Shown here in pieces: positions 28,701-38,937 of a stretch of DNA of 64,000 bases (position 1 is its first letter; each line of letters opens with the position of its first letter). The stretch is taken from positions 1,790,280-1,854,279 of the forward strand of contig CM119265.1 in the NCBI GenBank assembly GCA_051294375.1. The letters are read 5' to 3'. Source of the DNA: Paraspadella gotoi. Lineage: Eukaryota > Animalia > Chaetognatha. The notes under the pieces are model-generated. The model was not told the origin of the DNA. It saw only the letters and a list, made by a program, of their open reading frames with translations, and searched no databases. A program made the translations under genes and the position numbers.

Positions 28701-28993
28701 AGCCGCTCGTCCTGTTTCCCCTCGACGACCAAATCGGCCGACAACCGATGATCCTGCTCCTTCCAACTTCCCGCCAACACCTCGTGCTTGGAGGATCCCT
28801 CGACGACGGCGCGCTGGAGCTTGCAGAAGCCGCTCTGGTCGCAGGTCTTGAAGTTGTTGCGGTCAACGGAGAGGGAGGAGGGGAGGAGGAGGAAGAGGAG
28901 GAGGAGGAGAAGCGGAGGAGATCGTTTGTGGAGGACGAGAAAGGAGGGGAGGGACGACGACGACGACGATGAAGACGACGACGATCGCCGCAT
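22720..28993 (-). CDS. GANAB: Neutral alpha-glucosidase AB (glucosidase II alpha, GH31), about 16 exons
   Basis: Signal peptide then [15 protein letters not shown]; [10 protein letters not shown]; [18 protein letters not shown]; catalytic [10 protein letters not shown]; [12 protein letters not shown]; [16 protein letters not shown]; C-terminal [12 protein letters not shown]. Confidence 0.96.
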
Positions 28994-29279
28994 CTTAGTT
29001 TCTTTCAGTTCGATCAAGCTGCGAATTGATGATGTTGTTGTTGTTGTGATTGAAGTTTCCGTTGTGGTTTTTTTTTCTTCTTTTTTTGATTCGTATAGTA
29101 AAACTAAAAAATAAAGGCGCAAACCGTTATTAACCGATAATATAAAACCCATATCACAATCGTTATAAAAGTCAAGCCGTCACTAAAAATGCAATAAATC
29201 TGGTAATAATAAAAACTATTAAGGCAGTGAAGATCACAGTTAAACCAAAATCGACTTCCATTAAAAAACTTCAAGGATC

Positions 29280-32200
29280 CTATGGGTCTTCTTCTTCAAT
29301 CAGATCATTGATGAGTTTTTCTATTTTTTCCTGTTTTTCCATCAATTTTTTTTTCCTAAATTCCCATTGAAGTTCTTCGCCGTAAAATAGCGAAGCCTCG
29401 GTCGCGTATTCTTCGGCTTTTTGGAGGGAATCAACGTCCTGGGGAGAGAAAGAAAGACAAGTTAGGTTGGTAGACATATACAGAAGGCTTCATATTATCA
29501 AATGAGGTCCTGTGGCGAATCCTAAATTCGACTCCCGTATAGCTTGGTGAAACTCAGCTCGTCCCATTGGCTTGGACAGCGTTAGTTCCGGGTTCAATCC
29601 CCTCACAGTCACGCTGGTTAAAGTGTAATGGTGTCGGCATAAACACGCCAGTGACATTGGGTGGTCACTGCAGGTCCAAAGCCCTGAGCGCCAGCTGTCG
29701 GGAGATGCCTCACACCCAAGGCATCACACATGTCCCTCCGTTGCCATAGTACCCCTTTTTTGTGACCAGAATCTGTTCCCACCAAACTACCCGATCGAAT
29801 TTTACATATACAGTCCTAATGACAATATAAATGGAACTATAGATGCAAATTTTGATATTCAACCCCTGACAAGAAATACACGGTCCTGGGGCTGAACCCC
29901 ATGCGGGTCAAAAAAGGCAAAACATTTATTTTCATATTTTAATATTTTTAGTAGCATCATTAAAAAATTTCTCGGCTCAGGGGTTAAATATTGAAATTTG
30001 GTCCAGTAGTTTTCTCGGAACGTGTTCTGGTCACAAAAAAAGGGTACCTCATTTTATAATATGAAACCTTCTGTAAATCAAAAAGCTCCTAATTTAGGGA
30101 AAAGACAATTCCAATTGTTCCGCCTCATGAATATGTATTTTCTACCAACAAACACAACCGACAAAGCAACTCATCGACTATAGGTTTACTCTAATCAAGT
30201 GAAACTTTTAAAACGACACCCCGATGCGGTGACCCCTTTCCTAACCTGCTCCTCTTCGCCGTATTTTAGATAAGCGTCAACCAAGTCGGTCAAAACCTTC
30301 ACCGTCCAAATATTCCCATCGGGGAAATATTTTTTTCTCAAATCGTTGGCCTCCTCTAATTCCGCCAGACCTTCGCGCCACTTTTTCATATAGATGCAGC
30401 AGTTGCCAGAGTTTTTGAGCAGCGTGACCATTTGCGGCAAGTCCAAGGTCTCCAACCGGCCCATTATATCTCGAGATGCTCGGTATTTGGAACGGGCATC
30501 TTCGTAGCTTTTGTTTTCCATCAAAAAGTCGCCGAGCCTCTTGAAGGCCGTGGCCGCTTGTTCGTGATCGCCCAGACTCTTCCGAAACTTGTCGCAACAT
30601 TCCTTCAAGACCTCCTCGGCTTTTCGCCGGTCTTCCGGACTGGCCGGCGTCGGCGGTTTCTTCGGCTCCGTCCAAACAGGCGCGCTCTCTGCTTTAGCCA
30701 GGCACATCTTGTACTCCCAAAGGTCAAGATCCCTGTGTCTGGCGACTTCGCCGCTACCCTGCCAGCTTTCCAAAGCAGAGATTGATTTTCGAAAGAAATC
30801 GATGCTTTTCGCTCTGTCCTTTGGATGCCCATGTGACCGCGCCTGAGCGTAGTTGAAGTAGGCCTCGGCATGAGGCGAACATCTTTGCTCCTCCACGATC
30901 CGTTGGGCTTGCTGAATGTCCTCTATGTTTTGACCAGGCTTGTCCCGCCGTCGCAGTTGATTGCAATGACAGAGGGCGACGACGAGCAGGTTTCGAACTC
31001 CGGACCTCTCCGTCTCGTTCTCCGCGCAATCCCGTTCCATCCAAAACTGGCAGACGTCGCGAACGCTCTCGGTGATTTTCAACAACCTCTCAAAGGAGAC
31101 GCAGTATTCTAAAAACATAAAAGTTTTGGTCAAGCGCCACTCACTTCCGGCGACGGTGGAGATCAACGCCGCGTGTAATCGCGGGTCATCCTCCAAGTCT
31201 TCGTCGTTCGGCGTCAATCGACGAAACACTTGCTCGAAGTAGGACCTCTCTCCGCGGTACCGCTTCAGCGCCGGGGAGAGGCCGTCCAGCCTCCACGACG
31301 CCTCGCCAATTTCGATCAAAATATTGACAAAATGACGGAAAAAAAAGGCGGCGTGAATTTGGATTCGATCGAAAAGTCTGGGCGAATTGAGGACAACTTG
31401 GCGAATGAGACCGTGCAAGGAATGAAGATGCCCTTTGGGTCGAATGATTCCTCTCTTCAGCAACTCGTTCCAAGTGGAACTGAAGAGCGGAGGGTTGAGC
31501 GGCCGGTTGAGCGACTTGGACATTCGTCGGAGAGTCTCCCGAGTGAATCCCGAGTCGAAGACGCCGGCGAGAGACACCACATCGTTCTGGACATCGGACA
31601 AATCATCAAAGGCCCTATTGAGGAATTTCAAGTCATCCACGTTTTCGACACTGTTTTTGCAGAGAATCCAGACGTAGAGAGGATACCCTTCCGACAAATT
31701 CGAGATTTTTTCGATCTCTGTCTCCTTCAGCTTCTGATTCAAACATCTGAGCCACTCCTCCGTACAACTCTGCGTCAAAGGCTTCAATTCCAACGTCTCG
31801 CAATCGTTGATTGGCAGCTTCGGAAGATCGATGGACGTGGCCACGACTTTTACGTTGCCGCAACCCACGAGTTTGGCGAGGAACTTGGAGAAGACGTCTT
31901 CCTGCGCCGCAGACTTGAGGAGAGACTCGCATCCGTCAAAGACGAAGAGGAACTCTTGCGGAGATCGCTGTTTGATCAAGTGAAGACACCGCGATGCCGG
32001 ATTCTTCGTGAAAATCTTTTGAAACACCTCCTCCCCAATCAGTTGGAAGAGATCGTCCGGAGTCTTCTCCAGCAAATCGTCAAAGAGAAAGCGTCGACCA
32101 GCGAAGGTGGATGCGAGCTCTCTGGCCACTTGGTGCGCCAACTCAGTCTTGCCGACGCCAGGGTGACCGTGGATGAAGACGATCGAGCTGACGTAGAATT

Positions 32201-33239
32201 GGGCGACGAGGGTGTTGATCTCTTCTCTCCGATTGACGGAGATCAAATGTCGGACGGGTCTGTTATGATCGAAGACGGTATGGGATCGAAGCTCAAAACC
32301 CGCCGGTTGAGGCGGAGCCGGCGGCGGAGGAGAAATTATAATTTGATTATTGTCACCGATGACTGGAGTGCATTTATCGGCGGTGATGTTTACGATTCGG
32401 TTCGAGGAATGAAGGGCCAAAGCTCGCGCGTGTTCTTGGACGGAATCTAAGATATAAGTTGCGACTCGATCTTCCCGAGGGACGGTCGCGCTATCGATTG
32501 GGAGAGCGGCGAAGGCATTGGTGGGAAGAGCGGCCGATTGCGAATATTGAGCGGCGATAGGAGGGATGTTGTTGATTGGAAATGCAGCGGGTTGTTGAGC
32601 ATTAAAAGGATTAAGATAAACGCAACCATCTGGAAGAGCGGAAAAAGCTTGCACGGTATTGCTGGAAAAATCAGCGAAGACGAGGCCATCCGTTTGAGGG
32701 TCGTTGGAAGCCGCTGGAGGATTACCACGAGAAGGGGTGGGAGCCTGACTCTCCGATCGAACGGCAAAGGCATGAGCGTTAACAGGATAAGCTTCGGAAG
32801 AGGATTCGATCGGGGGTTGACAGTCTTGTTTGGCGGAAGATCTCAGCTCCGATTCACTTTCGTCGTCGTCATCATCATCATCATCATCATCATCAATGTC
32901 GTCGTCGTCGTCGTCGTCATCATCATCGTCGTCATCGGCCCAGAGGGCCGGGTCAATGTCGCTATACTTCGACGCTAGGGACTCGCCGTCGATCGCCTCC
33001 GAGTTTCGCGATTCCATCGTTTTCGTTTTTAGGTTCGGGATCGTCGCCGTCGTCGTCTGGCCAGCGGATGAATCCTCTTCCGGTTCCATCGACAAATGAA
33101 AGTCCGTTGGATCGCGTCTCGCTTCTTCCCTTTTCTTTTTGCGATCGAGACGAGAGATTTGACTCTGATCGAGAATGGAGGATGAGACGCCATCTTGTGC
33201 ATCGGGGATGTGGTTGGCCAGAAGCGTAGAGTCCGTCAT
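29280..33239 (-). CDS. STAND (NB-ARC-like) ATPase with C-terminal TPRs and acidic/RHIM-like N-terminus; exons 33239-30246 and 29438-29280
   Basis: Walker A IHGHPGVGKT, Walker B FLFVFDGCE, GxP SEGYPL, MHD-like LHGLIR, and TPR-like helices (AATAFKRLGDFLMENKSYEDARSKYRAS); phase-0 GT-AG intron. Confidence 0.85.
29481..30073. mobile_element. Tc1/mariner-type MITE with TA target duplication; left TIR interrupted by a SINE
   Basis: TA|CAGAAGGCTTCATATTATCAAATGAGG ... CCTCATTTTATAATATGAAACCTTCTG|TA inverted termini; the TIR continues as TACCCCTTTTTTGTGACCAGAA (29750) pairing with TTCTGGTCACAAAAAAAGGGTA (30025). Confidence 0.85.
29511..29748 (+). mobile_element. SINE-like family A, copy 1
   Basis: Highly similar to the reverse complement of 42526-42786; carries a Pol III B-box-like GGGTTCAATCCC. 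Confidence 0.8.
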
Positions 33240-35230
33240 TTTCGCCCAATTTTTTTTTGTTAAGTAAGTGGTCCAAAAATTAATGACATTTTTTTACGAA
33301 CTCTTACATCCTTCCAACGTGTCCCTCCATTCTTCAAAGGAACATAATTACAAAAGCTGGAAGAAAAAAAATCAGGCATCTGTATATCAGAACCGAATGA
33401 GCTTCTTTTCGCTGCTTATCAATGAACATTCAAATAAAAACAATAAAAACTGAATGACAAGACATTGTTCATTTTAACAAAGTCTCCAATCCGAAGAAAT
33501 GGCGATTGGCGAAGATTGAGGTTCCAACTCAAATTGCTGTCGAGATGAAACGCCTTCTTTATTTGGGTTTAATGCATCTTCTTTTTTTTTGTTGTATTAC
33601 AAACAAATTCAAACGGATGATAATTTTTAAAAAAGGAAAAAGATTTTCTATTTTTATTTATTTTCTTACACTAGATTTCCATTCTGTGCAATTTTCTAAG
33701 GCTTGATTCTCTATCTTTCACGTTTAAGCTAATTGTTATAATCTCGGAAATGTTCAAGCTCCAATGAGATTACAACCTGCCTAATTCGGCCAAGAGGCAA
33801 AATAAACTTTAAAGTGCTTTTTGTGAAATTCTGTCGTAGTTAAGAAATTTCCTTTACAGTAGCTGGGTAAATAACTTTTTCGACTAAGCTTACAGACCAT
33901 CATCATTCATTGTTATGAAATTGGTACAACCAATATAAAAATTTTTTTTTAAATGTAGAGTTCAAATTTCTGGAGAAATTTATAAAACTTCCTTTACCTT
34001 AGGAATTTGAGATACTCTTTTCATCAAAAACTATTTTCTAAATCTTTACTATACCTTTATACTAAAAAAATAATTTTTAATACAGCAATACTGTGATTTT
34101 TTTAAAATGATCCAATTCCTTTACATATGTACACAACTTGTTTTAACAAATATTTCGTAAGGATTAAGATTAGTTTACAGTGTTAAATAACAAATATTAA
34201 AGTATAAACATTACCAAACTAGAGAAAATGCATTGTTCAAGTTTTGAAGAATAAATATTGAAATTAGGAAAGCCAATAAAACCTAATTACAAACCCCCAT
34301 AATATTTTTGATGAACACTTGTTACTAGAAATTAGAGCAATCCAGCCTATTTTTGTTCCTCAAAATAAATCACTGATCACCGATATAAACCGAACTTAAA
34401 AGTTTTTGTTTATTTTCAATGAGGCCACAAAAGCGATGACGCAACTGTAATTTATTATTAAAAAAAAATTAGCTTGTATTTTTCACACCGTTTTCAAAAA
34501 TATAAAACAATCTACAACAAAAATTATTTGTTGGAAAAACCAAAATTATTAAAATTTAGAAAATGAAGTTTGGAAATTTCTATCAAGAGAAGGAAAAAAA
34601 GATATTGAAAGTTCTCTGATATTTTATCAATCTTAATTTTCATTCTATCCCTAATTTATTTATGTAATAATCAATGATGCGAAATCGAACAATCGCAATT
34701 TTTTTAAATTGAACTATAAAAGCAGCACGATTTCAGCAAAAAGATTATCATTAGTAAGCTACACAAAGTCCGTCCTGAGAGGATTATTAGAACGCGTAAA
34801 ATACGAATTGAGGGGGATGGAGGGGAAAGGTTGAGGGACGTTTGCCTTTTAAATAACAACCTAAATAAAATCACAAAGAAAGTGATTAAGCGTGTCGTCG
34901 TCGTCGTCGTCGTCGGACAAAGCATTCAAATTACAACTGAAAAAAAAAAAAAGATTCATGCACAAAAAAAAATATTCCCTAAAACGAAAAATTGGAAATG
35001 AAAAAAAAAACAACAAAAAAACCGGGGCAGTTGCTTCCATCTTATTTCTTTTTTTCTTTTTCTTCTACTGCGCCAAAGAGAGAGAAGTTGGCGATGGAGC
35101 TAGTATAAAAGAGAGAGAGCGAGAGACGATTAAAAGGGAAGAAAAAAAAAAGAAATAGAGAAAGAAAAGAAGAAGTGAAAAGGGTGGGGCGAAACGAGCG
35201 AGGTCGTCGTCGTCGTCGTCGTGGTCGTCA

Positions 35231-35917
35231 TCATTTGAGACAACGTTCAAAGTAGTTGTTGCCGACGTATCCGCCGCGCATCGATTTTTGAACATTTTGC
35301 TCGAAGACTCGACGATTAGACTGGAGCACCTCGGCCGCCTCCTTGTTGAGCGGATCCTCCGGGTTGGGTTCGAGGAAGAGATACTGGAGTCCGTAGATGA
35401 TGGAGTTGATGGTGAGGACGGGTTTCCAATCCTCGCGCAGGATGTTGAGGCAGATGTTGCCCTCGAGGTCAATGTTCGGGTGATAGACCTGCGTCTCGCA
35501 TTTGACCTTCGGAGGTTCGTGGGGGTAAGCCTGACCCACTTTGAAGCTGAACACGAATCTCCCGCCGCGGTAAAAGCCCTATTTTTTTTTTTTTTTACGT
35601 ATTCATAATTAAATAATTACAATAAGAAAAAATTCGCCCAAAACACGGGACTCGCCTCATCAGGACAAATGGTCAGCTTGAAAGTGAGTAGATCGTCCGG
35701 ATCGGGAAAGTCCACGTTGCAAGTTTTTGGCAAACTGAGCTCGTTTATATCTGAGAGGCGAAACATATAATCTTAGTATTTATAACTCGTTTCAAACAGA
35801 GTTAAACTTACCTTTCGTGATGCGTAACTGCGCGGCGGACGCTTTCTTCTGCGTCGAAGGCTTCTGACTGTTTTCACCCTCTTTCTTTTGCTGCTTGAGC
35901 GAAAAGAGTTTTATCAT
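35231..35917 (-). CDS. UBE2M: NEDD8-conjugating enzyme Ubc12 (3 exons; intron 2 is GC-AG)
   Basis: [12 protein letters not shown]...[15 protein letters not shown]...[24 protein letters not shown]...YFERCLK*. Confidence 0.97.
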
Positions 35918-36248
35918 TTTGACAGACTAAAACAGTTCCTAATCACCTGAAAAACAATCCGTTGTTATTAATAACGTTTAAAATATAACAAAGTAATAAG
36001 AAGAATAAAAGACAAGTGAGCTTTTCAAAAAATCTACGATCAAAACAAAGCGATGACGAGAACGAAAGAGAAGACGTATCACGTGGCAGCCACTTTCGGA
36101 TTATCTTGGATCTTGACACTAAATGTAAATGCAGATTGATCAACAACCAACAATGACTTAGAAGACATCCTACACCATTAAAAAAACAAAAAATCACAGC
36201 ACCATTTTAAAACTGACGCGTAAAATAAATCTAGCCTTTTTAACTTTT

Positions 36249-37274
36249 TTAACCCTTCTCTTCTATCCAATCCTTATTTCCATTCTCCCTATACCATTTC
36301 CTAAAACCCGCGAACCCATAAACTCCGCACTTTTCACCCGCTATCCACGCGGCGAACTTCAAAGCCTCCTCCACCTCCGCAGGACTGAATCGCACGCCGC
36401 CGCCGCCGCCGCCGCCCCTACCAGGCCCCAACCTCGCTCGATTGAGACGATGAACGACGGCGGCGACGAAGGTGTCTCCAGCGCCGAGGGTGTCAACGAC
36501 GCCGCCCGCCGGCCGATAGGCGTCCACCAGGACCAGATGGTCCGAGTCTTTGAAGGCGGCAGCGGCGCCGATATCGCCCCAAGGAACTACGACGACGGCG
36601 CCGGGCGCCAATGAAGCGGCGAATCCGCGCGCCGCCGATTCTCGATCGGCGAATCCTTTAAACGCCGCTCGGGCTTTACTGACGAAAACGACGTCGCCGA
36701 CTGAAACGAGATCGTCTGGAATCTCTGCTCTCGCCTTCTCCACTTCCACCGAAACGATCGTCCGCTCTGCCTCGGTCCGATCCGCCTCCGCCTCCCGGAT
36801 GGAACGAATTATCTCCAGAATCTCCGCCCAATTGTATCGACCTTCGAAGTGGATCCATCCGAAACGGGATCGGTCGACCGACTCGAACTGGGCCGGCCCC
36901 ACTTCCGGAGCTCCCTTCCCGTGAAAGGAGATGGTTCTGGTGCCCGTTGATCGGCTGAGGATGCAGGTGGCGACGCCGATGGGCGCCTGCGAGACGCCGT
37001 CTTCGTCGTAGTAGCGAATGTGACGGACGTCGATCCCGAAGGAAGCGAAGTCATCGATGATGAAGTCGCAGAAATGATCCTTCCGCTTCAAGTAGCTCAA
37101 GCAGGCGACGTCGTCGCCGAGGACGGCGAGGACCGAAGAGTTGTTGGAGGCGTTGCCGCCGCGGCAGAGGTATTGCTCCAGGCAGCGGTTGTCCGAATCT
37201 TCGATCGGGTAAGTTTGACAAACGCAGACCATGTCGATGCAAGTCTTACCTACGCAGAGGATGGCTCGGGACAT
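36249..37274 (-). CDS. KHK: Ketohexokinase-like PfkB sugar kinase, intronless
   Basis: ILCVG..YPIEDSDNRC..RGGNASN..WIHFEGR..VSVEVEK..VVDTLGAGDTF..KCGVYGF, characteristic of KHK. Confidence 0.9.
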   Translation of the reverse strand: MSRAILCVGKTCIDMVCVCQTYPIEDSDNRCLEQYLCRGGNASNNSSVLAVLGDDVACLSYLKRKDHFCDFIIDDFASFGIDVRHIRYYDEDGVSQAPIGVATCILSRSTGTRTISFHGKGAPEVGPAQFESVDRSRFGWIHFEGRYNWAEILEIIRSIREAEADRTEAERTIVSVEVEKARAEIPDDLVSVGDVVFVSKARAAFKGFADRESAARGFAASLAPGAVVVVPWGDIGAAAAFKDSDHLVLVDAYRPAGGVVDTLGAGDTFVAAVVHRLNRARLGPGRGGGGGGGVRFSPAEVEEALKFAAWIAGEKCGVYGFAGFRKWYRENGNKDWIEEKG

Positions 37275-37441
37275 TTTTTTTTAAACTTCAGCTTTAAGTC
37301 CGTATTTTTATAACTAGAAAAAAATAATGACAACGAAATATATAAAATAAAAGCTAGAGAATATAAAAATGAATCGGCAGAAAGGGAAAAAAAAGATTCG
37401 TCCAGCCGCAGAATTCGGCCTGCAGTCGCAGACTTCCTGCA

Positions 37442-38053
37442 TCACTTGTACATGGACAAGTAATACTCTTCCTCGAGTTCGAAGAGGTCGCTGCACATCT
37501 CGTCACGAATCCGCAGCAGCGCCGCGTCCATCTCGTCGGCGGAGGCGCGGAACTTCCGGTTGTTGGCGACGATGCTGTCGTTGGTGGAAGGAAAGTCGTT
37601 GAGGATGAGAAATTGTTTGATGTCGGAGACGAGATTCATGAGCGACTCTCCGGCGCGGACGACGTTGGAGGCGCGGACCTGCATCTCGTAACCGTCCATT
37701 TCCCCTTGGGTTTGTCTGGAGATCGAGAGAGGGGGATGGGGTGTTGAGGGGGACGGGGACGGGGACGGGGCGTTTTATTTTATTTGTTTTATTTTTTAAA
37801 CCAATCTTTTCCCCGACCACCCAGAGTGAGCAACTCTCGAAAGAGATCTCCCAATAACCCTTAGAAACCTTGAAACTTGAGACAAAACGTTGCCATCGTC
37901 CTCAAACTTGCAGAGGCGAAGGATCTCCGCGTAGTTGTCTACCATCGCGCGGACGTCGTCCTTAAGACGCTTTGTGTAAGATTTGAGCAGCGCCTCTTTG
38001 CTCTGAGTCTGTGGAGCGGAGGCGCCGCCGCGACCGCCGCTCGGGGTTGCCAT
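37442..38053 (-). CDS. MED22: Mediator subunit 22 (2 exons)
   Basis: [18 protein letters not shown]; [32 protein letters not shown]; [10 protein letters not shown]. Confidence 0.95.
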
Positions 38054-38386
38054 GGAGATTGTTTTTTAAAGTTTGCAACTGAAGGCGGTGTGGATGATTC
38101 GTCCAAAAAGCATAGATAAATATATTGTTTAAACCTTGTAAACACCTTTGAAATGTTTCACGCTTTTTTGCCTCTATCGCAGATGCTTAAAATCGTTAAG
38201 ATATCACAAAATTTTACAATTTTTGCAATCACCTGCTTGAGGTTAACAGAAAACCAAATTGGTTAAAACCATAATCCAAATGATAAAATAACCAGAAAAA
38301 TAAGTCACTAATGTGCAATAAATCTCAATCAGATACTTCCAGCTTCTGATCGAGTTTGGAATGTAACCGCAACATTGATTTGGAAA

Positions 38387-38548
38387 TTAAGCGCACTTCT
38401 CTCGCTTCAACTCGTTGAGCAAAGCTGAAGCGTCTTCCTTCATCTGTAGTAGCTTCTCATGACTCCTATTACATAACTTGGGATTCTCGCCACAAAATTG
38501 AAGTCCTTCCTCCGCGTATTCAAGAGATTTTTCCAGCGCTGCTTCGTC
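38387..38548 (-). pseudogene. Orphaned last exon of the STAND-TPR paralog at 44177-46061
   Basis: TTAG acceptor then DEAALEKSLEYAEEGLQFCGENPKLCNRSHEKLLQMKEDASALLNELKREKCA*, alignable to the last exon of the intact copy (DVDSLQKAEEYATEASLFYGEE...KLINDL); same phase 0. Confidence 0.75.
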
Positions 38549-38937
38549 CTAAGATCAGAAGGCACAGAAGGGATAACCTCTTTTTACTTTCAAATTTATA
38601 CAAGTAAAGTTTGTAAACGTGCGGGGCACTGAACCTTACGTCATACATCCACAAAAGCTAATCCAAAATGCGTGGTTTACCGTACCTGCTAAAACCTTTT
38701 TTTGAATATTTAACTAAACAAAATTCCGTAAAAATGTGAACATGAGAAAAAAATAACGCAAAAAGTATTTAATTTTTATTTGACAAACGAAATAACAATT
38801 TTGGTACATTAAAAATTACCTACTTTTGTGTAAATCAGAACTATTTAGCATTTATGTAACTATGTCAAATGATTTCTTGAGAAATAAATAATCCACACGG
38901 CGAAAGTTCGTCCTACATCAGTATCACTTCTTCAACA

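Noticed and set aside
31230-32450. 406-aa plus-strand ORF, and many other long antisense ORFs (for example 6811-7410 and 63267-63881)
   Set aside because: Antisense shadows of GC-rich exons with no recognisable motifs.
36249-37274. Horizontal transfer of the intronless PfkB kinase
   Set aside because: Motifs are of the animal ketohexokinase type and composition matches neighbouring exons.
38046-38059. X-box-like GTTGCCATGGAGAT
   Set aside because: Overlaps the MED22 start codon and has an imperfect right half; likely coincidental.
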